A DNA stretch of 63,822 nt, filler included, from Neolecta irregularis DAH-3 (taxonomy: Eukaryota), in the NCBI GenBank assembly GCA_001929475.1. It is 9 parts of 9 records of this genome, joined end to end, with 100 filler letters (N's around TTAATTAATTAA, not from the genome) between each part and the next. Parts side by side here need not be neighbours in the genome. Positions count along the whole stretch, not along the records: positions 28,178 to 47,653 come from LXFE01000324.1; positions 47,754 to 49,063 come from LXFE01003159.1; positions 49,164 to 51,320 come from LXFE01003167.1; 6 more parts are not named here. One strand, given 5' to 3'. Both the position numbers and the translations under genes were made by a program. Of the stretch, positions 37,426-50,810 are shown piece after piece (the stretch's first letter is position 1; each line of letters begins with the position of its first letter). The notes beneath the pieces were generated by a model. The model saw nothing but the letters and a program-made list of their open reading frames with translations, was not told where the DNA came from and made no database searches.

Positions 37426-38456
37426 TACAAGTGTGGGGCAGATGGTATTCTATTTTTATGCGTATTTTCTTCGTATCTCTATGTACTTTGGCATGACGAC
37501 TAATTTATTCGGTTACTGCGGTCAAAGTGGTGTTGATGATGCTGTGTTCTTCTGTCATGACATATCCTTCATATATCAGTAATTATCTCTGAACCAGCTT
37601 CGAATTTCGCATAACTAGATCAGCTTGGATGATAACATATGACCCAGAACTCCAAGATTCGAGTTTTGGTATTAGAACCTTATCGGCATCATGTCGGTGT
37701 TCTTTGGCATTGAATCATTCTTCCAAAGTCGATGAAGTGTTAAATATTACCACCTCCTCAATGAGCTATTGGGATGTTGGTAGTCAGAAAGAAACTTATC
37801 AAGCAGGTTTCAGATTTCCTCTAAGGACATAACACATTTGTACGACTTTTAATGACGATTTTTCAAAGCCAGCATGATAATTTTTAGGATATGTGAAACT
37901 TTGAATATCTTTGTTAAAGCTATTTCCATGTGTATTGTTCCACAACACACTCATTATCATATTTTGAATTCTCATGAAGCCAATGGATGTGACCAAATAC
38001 TCATAGCAAACTGAACATTGATCTCAGGAGATATTCATGACTGCTGCAAGAAAGGGTTTCAGATCAAACACTTTACGTTTCTAGTGTTTCTGTAGATCCG
38101 AACAAAGTAGCAAATTTTAGATGTCGCGAATTTTGACGTCATTGGATAATACTGTGAGCATCGAAATATGATTTCAAGAAGCTTTTCGAGTCGAGTTGGT
38201 TTCTGACGTGGTAATTAATTACCTTTCGAAATATGTTTATTAGATTAGACCAGAGTTTTCGAGAAGTCATAATTGGAATGCATTTCTTAGCCCTGATGCT
38301 CGTTTTTGTGCTTGGAAGCTGGGGTCGAAGCTAGACTGATATGGTACTTCCACGCTCACCCCTTTAAAGAGGAGCATGGATAAAGTCAACTGTGGCCAAA
38401 GCTTTGGTAGACCGATAATCTCTTCTTCAAAATAGAGCAAGGCGTTCTGATAGTCA

Positions 38457-39545
38457 TCAAGGGAGCGTCAATGATGAGATGAATCCTGGAATTTTGCATT
38501 TCACTCCCCTACTCCAATACCCGTCCACACAGACAGCGCCAAATACTGCGCCTTCTTCAACGGGAAGCACGTCAGTTGCTGCAAATATTGAGCCAGCCCG
38601 AAGACTGTCAGCCTTTTCTGGTTTGTGAAAGTTGCAAAGTTGAAGATGATCTGAGGGTTTTGGATTGTATCCTTCGAGTGCGATTATGCCTCGAGAAGGA
38701 TCACCAGACAGTACGCTTACAGCAAAATCGTCGTTAATGAGGACATACCAGCCTGATACATAGCCTTCGGGATGTTGAAGAAGCCATTTGATGGCGTCAG
38801 TGTTGTTTATCGTTAGAAGTATGTTCCCTTTAGCCCTGTGGAACTTTTTAGCGCAACCCTTTGAACGCCCCCAACATACGTGAAACAAGTGACAGGGCTT
38901 CCAACTTTACGAAGACCTGAATTCCGATTGACTGGTCCGGTAATGCCAGGCAAAGAAATCCTGATACATTCGTCACTTTGCAATAATTTACCCCCCAGAG
39001 AAATGCAATGTTTGCGATCGAAAGTGAAATATGTCTTCGCTGGTACAATCCCTAACTAAATATGTCAAATAGAACTCACTACAAGCCTCTACCGAATTTT
39101 GATCTAGACATTCCTGACCAAGCACTACAGAAGTGGTATTACAGACTCGACTCTGTGTCTTCCCTAACTCAAGATTGGGATTTTCGCCAGATCGATCAAT
39201 TCTCCAGAATCTTCCTACGCGTATTTCTTGCTCCGTACACTTTTCAAGAGTTACGTTAAACATTTCTTCTTTGGTAGCAAGAATCGAACAGCCGTTCCCC
39301 AAAATTGTATCATCTACAATAGCCGTGATCGTTTTCCTTGCTCCAAAGGTTTGCAGCAAAGAAGACAATTCCATATCGCGGCACAACGAATGTGAATATA
39401 ATAGAACCATTAGATCTGCATCTTTCGGCGCAGATGAAAGACAGCGAGGAACACAATCGTTCAAAGTCTCTGATTTGACAGTCCGGACTGTGTAAATACT
39501 GCGTCGAAAAGCAATGGCAGCCATCAACGATTGATATACACGCAT
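38457..39545 (-). CDS. Probable FIST-like domain protein, multi-exon; 3' end uncertain
   Basis: KVTNVSGNILLTINN..AIKWL and VLSGDPSRGIIAL resemble fungal FIST-family proteins; basic N-terminus like a mitochondrial presequence. Confidence 0.45.
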
Positions 39546-39832
39546 CTGCTTTACCCGGAGAATTTAATTGATGTCCTTTCAGCGAGAAACGCTTTTTCAG
39601 AGCCGCCAATGAAAAATTCAACAAGGATAAATTGCATTTAAAAAATTCCAAACTCTTTTGAAGGCTTTGTGATGACTAGAGCCGATGCGAGCTTAGGGTC
39701 AAATGTCGTCTGATCGATCAAAAGCCAAGTATTTATAAGGAAAAAAACGTCGTTATGGCGATTGAGTTTTCAAATAGTTGCGAAACCACCTCGGACTTCA
39801 AAATTTTCCCAACTTTGCCTTCTCCGCCGTAA

Positions 39833-40872
39833 ATGACCGCACAAGCAGAGTATCGTTCTTTCAGCATAATTACCATCTAACCAGCCTTAGGCGCTTGACT
39901 AGAATCATCGGCAAACTTGCCATCCCAGTTGCAATTGCAATCGGGGCGGTCAATAGCTCTTTATATGACGTGAAAGGTGGGTATCGAGCAGTCATCTTCG
40001 ATCGGCTAGCAGGAGTGAAGAAAGAAGTTATCGGAGAGGGGACCCATTTCTTATTTCCATGGTTACAAAAACCTATTCTGTTCGATGTACGGACCAAGGT
40101 ATTGATATTTTCACCTGAAAAACGAGCTTATTGGACCAGCCGAGACATATTTCAACTACTACTGGAAGCAAAGATTTACAAATGGTCACGTTGACCTTGA
40201 GAGTCCTGCATAGACCCGTCCTTGGAGCTCTGCCTCAGATTTATCAAGTAACTCTCCTCGCTGTATCTGACTGATCTTCAGTCTCTTGGCCTTGACTACG
40301 ATGAGAGAGTGCTCCCATCCATCGGAAACGAAATTCTCAAGTCCATCGTGGCACAGTTTGATGCAGCCGAACTGATTACCCAGAGAGAAGTTGTTTCTGC
40401 TCGGATCCGAGAAGATTTAGTTAAACGAGCTACCGAGTTTAATATTGCACTCGAAGACGTCTCAATCGTATATCTTGCCAAAGATTTGATTTGATATCTA
40501 GACCCATCTCACATTCGGTCAAGAATTCACAAAAGCAGTCGAGCAGAAACAAATTGCCCAACAAGATGCCGAGCGAGCCCGATTTATCGTCGAGAGGGTA
40601 AAACTGTTTTTCACCGATTGTGACTTACAATCTAGGCTGAACAAGAACGACAAGCAAGTGTCATTCGAGCGGAAGGAGAAGCTGAAGCTGCGGATGTGAT
40701 TTCCAAAGCTCTGAATGTCGCAGGAGACGGACTCATTAAAATTCGACGTCTCGAAGCATCCAAGGAAATTGCTCAGGCTCTCTCTCTAAATCCAAATGTT
40801 ACATATCTTCCTTCTGGGAGCCAAGAAGGATCTTCAAATGCAGGGAGCTATCTTTTGGGATTGGGTCGTTAG
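39833..40872 (+). CDS. PHB1: Prohibitin 1, multi-exon
   Basis: [76 protein letters not shown]. Confidence 0.97.
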
Positions 40873-41196
40873 AATAGCCCTGAACTTGCTCATTGATTTT
40901 CCAAGAGGACATTTCAAGTGTATATCTCGTGATTTGTCTGTGCATAAATCCTCCAGTTATTTTTGATTGATACAAAGAGTGATCTTTCATTGACAGGTTG
41001 TCAAATTTGCCAACTCCCAGAGACGGCATTAGCCATTGAATATAGACCAAAAGCAAATTTTAGAATTTTTTCACAAGAAAACCCAGACCGAGAACAGGAT
41101 TTGGTTGGAGGGCATCTTTTCTCACAGCTGCTTGGACTTTTCAGCACAAATACTGAAGAATGCAAGGCTAAATTCCTAAAAGAATAACAATACAAC

Positions 41197-42413
<1,217 letters not shown>

Positions 42414-42697
42414 CTTGGAATGAAGAAGAAGCTGACTGATGTGTGAGTATAGACAAGTCATAAATTAGATACTTGAAATTTTCTGTTCCAGGAAAGAGAG
42501 AAGTAGAGGTTTAAGCCAAAGCAGGATTTTTACGGAATCACCCACACCTTTTTTCCCGCAAAAGAGGGAAATCAACCAATGATATGTATTAAGCGCAGAC
42601 ATTTACCAGAACGGAAGTAATAAAAAGATGTGTAGTCAACCAACCAGAAACTACCCTTGTACCACAAAGACACCGCTTGAAAAGTCCAATCCAACGC

Positions 42698-43872
<1,175 letters not shown>

Positions 43873-43991
43873 AGAGAGGAGAATGGTCGAGTTGGGGGTA
43901 GTGTAATTAAACCCAAGAAAGACTAAAAATAGAATATTTCACAAAACTTGTACGAAAGACTATTAAAAAGAAATAACATTCCCCTGTGATC

Positions 43992-45513
43992 TTAGATCAC
44001 TATTGCCATGACACCCAATACAATGAATATGGAGGGAATGGTGACCATGACACGTCCAGCAGCACCTTTCTTGTTTGAAGAGGTGGTAGATCCCGATGCA
44101 GTAGAAACCTTGCTTCCTGATCCTGCAGATGGGACATCGGTGGCATATCCTTGATTGGACGGACCGGTGTTTCCGAGGGGAGTACCTGCTCCCTTTTGAA
44201 GGTAAATCTTTGCAGCTAAAGAGTGAGCACAATTCAAACACGAGATGTACCTTCAGGCATGGGCGGAATGATGGTGGTGACCTCAAAGTTGGTGGTGTTT
44301 GAAGGATAGTTGTTTGCTGTAATGCTTGCGTTGTAACCTCCGTCGCCACTTGGATTAGGAGTCTTTGCAAATTCAGCCTTCAAGTTGTTGAAATCAGTGA
44401 GGTAGCTGACTGATTTCTTGTCGGTAGAAATTTGGACGAGACCATAGCTGTTGGCTTCCTGGCTGTATTCATAGACTAGACCTCCAGAGAGAAACGAAGT
44501 CATCTGAGTGGAGTAGATGGCCTCAACTTCGCTAGTTGTCAGTCATGCAGAGACAAAAATATACGTAAAGGTCCTGGGCGCGGGCTTGTTACAGCCGTAT
44601 TCTGAAAAGAACAATGGGATAGTTAAGCCTTGAAACAAAGTTGCAAACTGGTCATATCCACTGATAGTGTAAGATGAGGCACCGCACCATTCATATGAAT
44701 TCAATCCATAAAAGTCAATCTATTGTCAAAAGGATTATAAAATGCATATACCCTAGTATCATCTTCACCGGCATTAAGATAAAACGCCAAGGGGCCACGG
44801 TTTTCAGCAACAGAAGCGGCAGAATAACCGACTGGAATTGTGCGTTTAGATTGTTTAGCAATATAAGCCTTCATATCTCGAACAACAGCTTTGACATAGG
44901 GAGCAGCTTCGACTGTAGCTACATCATTGACAACCTCGTTTCCGGCAAAGAAACCAAGGACATTGTCGTAACTACTGAACGCATCTATGGTAGCAAATAT
45001 ATTTTGCAAAAGAACGGCGTTGTAGGAAGAAGCTGGATTTGCTCGCTACATGTCAGGGGGAAAGCCAACGTTTAATACGTTGATGGAGATTAGAGGAGTA
45101 TTGACGTCGAGAATCAAGTAAATGCCAGCATCTGCCAAAAGATTCATGCAATGGGAGTGATCGCCATTATTCAAAATGGAATAGACCTAGAGTCAATGCT
45201 GGTTGCATATAAGGATACTCGAATAGTGTTTATTCCCAGCGATTTGAAGGCGGCTACGTCTCTGTCACAGCCAGCAGAGTCTGCCAATGGGTCATAGGTA
45301 GTAGCGAGAGAGGAACCGCCTAGCTGGTAGTCTAGACCACGGATGTAGAATCGTTGGTTTGTTTTACTAGAATGTTGGAATTGCGATATCTAGAACCAAC
45401 CTGTCGAAAAAAGCATTGCCTTTGACGACGATGGGGTTTATCGCAGAGACTGCCGATGAGAATAGGAGAATTGCAGTAGCAGCGAGTGTGAGGGCCATGC
45501 TAACGAAGGACAT
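43992..45513 (-). CDS. GPI-anchored 1,3-beta-glucanosyltransferase (GH72, Gas/Gel, lacking the X8 domain), multi-exon
   Basis: Signal peptide, RFYIRGLDYQ, GFFAGNEVVND, IPVGYSAA, PLFFSEYGCN, SGGLVYEYSQE, S/T-rich linker and hydrophobic C-terminus. Confidence 0.95.
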
Positions 45514-45759
45514 TAGGCAGCCAGGGGAAAGAAGCTGTTCAGGGGAAGGTAGGTGGTTGTGGGCTAAGTAATGTGATAACGTGAGGGCTGCAAATTTGCA
45601 GCCTTTCCGCGTCACGTTCCGCGGCATCGCGTCTGTCATTAATACTGCCGGCCATATTCACTGGGAGCGCAATACAGACAACCCTGCAGGGATATTATTA
45701 TCCACTGGAGCAATCGATGCTATTATGTAATGGAGTAGTGCGGAGCAATGCTGCGGTAA

Positions 45760-45890
45760 AGGATGACGGATGGGGTGACGGTGAAGAATGACGGCTCATT
45801 AAAGGATGACGGAATGGATGACGGCTCTACGGTTAAGGATGACGGTAAAGGATGTCATAAGACGGTAAGGATGTCTACTGCCATGACGAG
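45760..45890. repeat. Degenerate array of (GA)TGACGG motifs
   Basis: About six TGACGG copies plus variants within 130 bp. Confidence 0.75.
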
Positions 45891-46014
45891 ATGCAGCTAT
45901 TACATTTTATAAAAATAGACATCCCCAGGGCACTGGATTTGATGGTAAAACAGCAGAGATAATTTGTAGTAAAACAGTGTCAAGGACTGAAGGCTTTAAC
46001 ATTAATGTTGCAAG

Positions 46015-46355
46015 TTACTGGGGCAGGATGCCGCTTTGCATGATAGCAGCGCTGGGGTTAACAGGAGAGAGTTTGGAGGAGTACTTTTTTTCCGAAAAGC
46101 GCTGTCCGACGCGCTCGGCATGTTTGAGGCCCTTTTCAGCGCATTTTAGGATGCAGGACTCTTCCTTCTGGGAGAGGGTGTTTGAGGTAAAGTCGTGTAT
46201 GCAGTCTGTGAAACACCTGCTGACGAGATTGCTGTACATGTTCATAAAGTCTTTCATCTGTTTGTTCTCTAGAAATGAGCGGGGGGGGCGAGGGGCGGGG
46301 GCGGACCCAGGATCCTCTGCATGTGGGCCTGTTCAGCGGGATTGAGGTTTTCCAT
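46015..46355 (-). CDS. TIM9: Mitochondrial small Tim chaperone Tim9
   Basis: [21 protein letters not shown]...[18 protein letters not shown] twin CX3C motif. Confidence 0.95.
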
Positions 46356-46708
46356 GGTGGGGGGCACGAGTTTGCGGTTGCCCGATGGGGATGAGGGATA
46401 ATTAGGGCGCCAGGCGGCGGTTGCCCGCTTGGGATGAGAATGCTGCGGGGCAGGCGGATAACGGGGAAATGCAGAGGGCGGCAAGCCGAGTAGAACGCAT
46501 GTAGCGGGAGGCTGCGCGGCGGGCGGGTGCCGCTGGGGAGCGTAGCCACTGCAGCGGGTCTCCGCCACAGTCGTCGCGCGTCCCAGCCCGCCCTCTTCTC
46601 TCGCTTGACCGCTTTCGCTTGCTTCGCTCTCTCGCTTGTCGCGGCTTTCCCGCATCTCGCTTAATCTCGCTTGCACCCGCCGCGCGCTTCCCCCCCCGCC
46701 TACGCCGG

Positions 46709-47653
46709 ATGACCACGGCCGACTGTGCGCCATCGTCGTCGCCGTCGCGGCCGTCGGGGCTCAGGGACTGGTGGAAGAAAAACATGGGCAGGGCAGTGGA
46801 CCGGCGCCGCAGCGACTCGCCCGACGAGCACGCGCACGGGCGCGCGGCCGCGCACATCTTTGGCGCGCCGCTGGGCGAGTGTGTGCAGCGGGCGTCGGTG
46901 GCGATTTCGCTCAACCAGCCGAACGGCGAGTACGTGCAGTACGGGCACATCCCGGTTGCAGTCGCCAAGTGCGGGATCCTGCTCAAGCGCAACGGTACGG
47001 GTCGCCGCCCTAAGCTGCTGACGGCGAGCAGCGCTGGAGACGGAGGGCGTGTTCCGGGTGAGCGGCTCGGCGCGGCGGATCAAGGCGCTGCAGCACATCT
47101 TCGACTCGCCGCCGGACTACGGGCGCAAGCTCAAGTGGGCGGGCTACAACGTGCACGACGCCGCCAACGTGCTGCGCCGCTTCCTGCTGAGCCTGCCGGA
47201 GCCGCTGGTGCCCGCCGACCGCTACGCCGCCATGCGCGCCCCGCTCGGCAACCCCGCGCTCGACCCCCACAGCCGCATCTTCGAGTACCGCCGCCTCATC
47301 CGCGCGCTGCCCACCGCGCACCGCCAGCTGCTGCTGTACATCCTCGACCTGCTCGCCGTCTTCGCCTCCAAGGCCGACCACAACCGCATGACCGCCGCCA
47401 ACCTCGCCGCCATCTTCCAGCCCGCCATCCTCAACCACCCCAGCCACGGCCTGCTGCCGCACGAGTACCGCCTCAGCCAGGACGTCCTCGTCTTCCTCAT
47501 CCAGAACCAGGCCCACTTTCTGCTCGACGAAATGAACCCGCCCACCCCCCGCAGGGCCTCCCTCGACTCAAAGGCCTTCCTCGCCCGCAGAAAGCCCGCC
47601 CTCGCCCCCGGCACCCTGCCCTGCGCCGCCCTGCCCTGTGCCGCCCCGCCCCC
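46709..47653 (+). CDS. RhoGAP of the Sac7/Bag7/Rga5 type, 3' end truncated by a gap, GC-rich
   Basis: IFGAPL...ASVAISL, YGHIPVAVAKCG, VFRVSGSARRIK.LQ.IFDSPP.YG, NRMTAANLAAIFQP. Confidence 0.92.
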
Positions 47654-48324
47654 NNNNNNNNNNNNNNNNNNNNNNNNNNNNNNNNNNNNNNNNNNNNTTA
47701 ATTAATTAANNNNNNNNNNNNNNNNNNNNNNNNNNNNNNNNNNNNNNNNNNNNCACGGTTCTGCTTCCCACGACGGTCCTCTGTCTTCCTTAGAGTATCT
47801 TCGTACCGGGAGTATGGGGCGTGCTGACGAGTCACCGTATGTAAACGGGGCTTAGTTTAGCTTTTCCTTTTTTACCTACAGCGTGTACTGGAAGGAAGTA
47901 TGTTGTGTTCTGCAGGTATATAGATTAGCCCACCGCCCCTCTTTCAAACAAAATCAAAATATATCAAAGATCCAAAGCACAACTTTAAGAACCTTATCCG
48001 CTACCACCCTCCCATTCATCACAATCAACTATCACTCCATATCCATCCTCTTCCTGACTTTGACCCTTGGGACGGATTCTGCGCGACATACTGTCTGAAT
48101 AGCGAATCAAGTCCTTTCTTTAATAACCTGATTCCTCGCTATAAGACACCGCCTCGCACAACAAAGCATCAACCCCGTTTTCACTAATAACCTACCCTTC
48201 GTCAAAGCAGTCAAACCTCACCGTAAACACTGATTGGAACCTGTGTGCTAACAAGCCTGTTGTAAAGAATCGTGTAATTGGGGATTTTGGGAACTTTGTC
48301 CAAAACATGAGTCCCAGCGTTCCT

Positions 48325-48420
48325 AACCGACTGGACCAGACCAAGGGTCTTGGTCGGTCTGGACCACTGGATGCCTTCGTCTGGTCCGTCTAAACAGACC
48401 ATAGACCGGTCCAGTCGGTT
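48325..48420. repeat. Small inverted-repeat (MITE-like) remnant
   Basis: AACCGACTGGACC (48325-48337) and GGTCCAGTCGGTT (48408-48420) form a perfect 13-bp IR around GGACC/AGACC repeats. Confidence 0.6.
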
Positions 48421-48649
48421 TAGACTATCTTATACATTCTGAAATCTTGCCCACCTGGCTGCCATGGCTGCAATGGAGTAGATATTATTTGTATGGAAGG
48501 CAGGAAATAGTCAATACTCTAAATTGACAAGAATTGAATTATAATATTATTGTTGAATTGCATCCTTTACTTATCGAATTACTCTTGAGTAATGATATCC
48601 ACCATCCCAGATTGCAGAGTAATATCCATGAATTTCCTTGCCTAAAACA

Positions 48650-49048
48650 TCAGATGACTTTTAAATCCCAACTAACCCTAATTTTCCTGCTCTTGTAGTA
48701 CGCATATGCGATGTAACGGAACTTAGCTGCACCATGTGTGATTGGCGTAAGGTTCACAGCTGATCCTTCATTAAATAGCAAGCACTGCATACTTTCCATA
48801 TTCTTATCAAATATCACAAGGAAAGAACCACATGAAAGGTCCTTGAAGCAGTGTTTAGCACAGACTGCGTCGCCTTCGCCCCTCTCGCCTTGGCTCTTCG
48901 TGAGCATGAGACCGATAATATGAGACGGTTGCAAGAGGTCCTCATCTAATGTGCAGACGGGCATCAGATCCTTCTCAAATTTGTCAAGATACAATGTTGC
49001 AAAGGAAAGCTTTCCACACAAGGCGATGAACAAAAAGATCGACAACAT
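48650..49048 (-). CDS. Small secreted Cys-rich protein, PAN/apple-like
   Basis: Signal peptide MLSIFLFIALCGKLSFA; CAKHC...CGSF...CLLF pattern. Confidence 0.75.
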   Translation of the reverse strand: MLSIFLFIALCGKLSFATLYLDKFEKDLMPVCTLDEDLLQPSHIIGLMLTKSQGERGEGDAVCAKHCFKDLSCGSFLVIFDKNMESMQCLLFNEGSAVNLTPITHGAAKFRYIAYAYYKSRKIRVSWDLKVI

Positions 49049-49163
49049 GGTTCGCGATAAATTNNNNNNNNNNNNNNNNNNNNNNNNNNNNNNNNNNNNN
49101 NNNNNNNTTAATTAATTAANNNNNNNNNNNNNNNNNNNNNNNNNNNNNNNNNNNNNNNNNNNN

Positions 49164-49776
49164 CATCCGACACCGCCGCATACCGCACTCGCCGTCGCTT
49201 CTCTCCAGCCTTCCGCGGTGAATACTTGTAATCAGGATATTGTTGTTGATGCTGAACCCGAGCACTTTGAGCCAATTCTTGATATCGCTGCTTGATGCTT
49301 GATGATTCGGCTTTCCACATCTCCCCAATAATCCTAGAAACGTCATTGTTGCAGATCCCATCATTTTCAGCAAAAATAAGTGGCTGCTTTTCCTTGCGGT
49401 ATAGAATAAATGCGTTTGGCGGCCGCGGAGGCCTTTTTGGTACCTTTTCTGGTTTGGGGGACTTCTTCCGCTTCATTGGTCGTACAATAAAGGTCGGTAA
49501 CTTGCTCTCTCTTAATGAAAATGGTATCCTGATGCAGGTGGTGTGAGCCCGAGGATTTAGTTTGAGAAATTCACTTTCATCGTCTTCCGCAAATAATACC
49601 GGAATGAACCCGTCCGGAACGAACCAGGCACTCCCTTTATTTTGCCGAACGAGCTCAAGGGCGTCTTTGGTGCTAAACTTTTGCACCGGCTGAGCAAGAG
49701 TCTCATCACTATTTCCTAAATGTTGGCGAACTTGGCCGGATTCTGGAGATTCAGCGAAATCGGAAGACGAAGACAT
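49164..49776 (-). CDS. matMc: Mating-type HMG-box transcription factor (Mc / MATa2 / MAT1-2-1 class), 3' end truncated by a gap
   Basis: PRPPNAFILYRKEK...NNDVSRIIGEMWK.ES...RY......QH...YPDYKYSPRK closely resembles the S. pombe Mc HMG box; ATG at 49776; no intron in the box. Confidence 0.85.
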
Positions 49777-49862
49777 GACTGATCGAGCCAAATGAGAGAA
49801 AGAAAGAAAGAAATGGGATAGAGAGTCGACAGTATAAATATAAAACGGTCTGTGATGTGAAT

Positions 49863-49963
49863 GACAAAGAAAAGAGATGCCGGAATGGTCTCTTTCTGAT
49901 TAGAAACTTCTTGCTGATCACGGTCGCTAAAAACGCCCCAAGCGCCCCCCTTCATCCTTTGTC
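49863..49963. promoter_or_regulatory. Two oppositely oriented TR-box-like (Ste11/HMG) sites in the divergent MAT promoter
   Basis: GACAAAGAAA at 49863-49872 (reverse complement TTTCTTTGTC, 9/10 to the TR-box TTTCTTTGTT) and TCCTTTGTC at 49955-49963. Confidence 0.45.
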
Positions 49964-50081
49964 TTGCTTTCGTCAAAGCAAAGCGCGCGTGATTTAGATC
50001 ACTTAGGGACGCTCCGCCCCTCCACCTCACTTCATCTTAATAAATAACAACTCTCCCTACCCCTTCATCATCACCCGCAAA

Positions 50082-50810
50082 ATGCCTTTGCGAAAAGATG
50101 TTCCTCTTGCGCATCTTGCTGCGCTAGCGGATGAATTGGCTGTCACAACGTCTCAGTACGAAACACCTTTGGAATTAATGCAGGATCGAATCGTACATCC
50201 TTTTTTCCTGGCTGAGATTTCGTCGAAATATCCCCTGACGGCTATCGAAAGTCAAGGCTCGTCCCCTGAGTCTCAAGAGATGCTCCGCGGTGCGCTCGAT
50301 AGTCTACAAAGCGTTCACGAAGGAGCCTTCAATGACTGTGCTTTGATTACGCAGCGCATATGTTGGAGTGATCCAGTTGCCCAAGATATGGAACTAGCCG
50401 ATCTTCATCGTTCCCTTCAACGCGAGCTTGCACAAGTTTGTGCTTCCGTCATTGCTATGACGGAGAATTATAAAGAGAATGCTGAAGAGGGCGATAAGTC
50501 AGGTGGCCGCAAACGACGATTTGGCAACGACGCTCGCCACATTCTCGAAGCCGCTTATCTTTGCAAGGATAGACCTAATCGTCTTGAAAAGGATCGTCTT
50601 GCAAAGCGATGTGGTCTCACTCCTCGACAGGTTGGGGTTTGGGTATTACTTTCTTTTTTTAAAAAAGAATGAAACTTACTTCAGTTTTCAAATAGGCGTT
50701 CGCGGGGCCGAACTGAGAAGAAGGATGTAGTTTACTATTGTTCTCCTCCCTCTACAAACTCGCCTTCGTCCGATATGCACTTCCCATCGCCGCAATATGA
50801 GTTTGTCTAA
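50082..50810 (+). CDS. Mating-type HD2-class (MATa1-like) homeodomain protein, 228 aa; exons 50082-50642 and 50685-50810
   Basis: Reads on the + strand (the ORF track strand label is wrong). A 42-nt GT..AG intron splits W|FSNRRSR. Canonical non-TALE spacing (F8, L16, P26, W48, F49, N51, R53); ARHILE...N..EK..LAKRCGLTPRQV.VWF resembles a1. Confidence 0.88.

Noticed and set aside
47754-48300. Possible solo LTR (also 12150-12685, 27830-28077, 51421-51830)
   Set aside because: Repeat-like composition at contig ends, but no paired termini, TSD or second copy in the window to define an element
50082-50672. ORF track lists the 196-aa MPLRKDV... ORF on the minus strand
   Set aside because: ATGCCTTTGCGAAAAGAT reads directly on the + strand at 50082. 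The gene is + strand, divergent from the HMG gene, and its listed C-terminus VLLSFFKKE is intron read-through.
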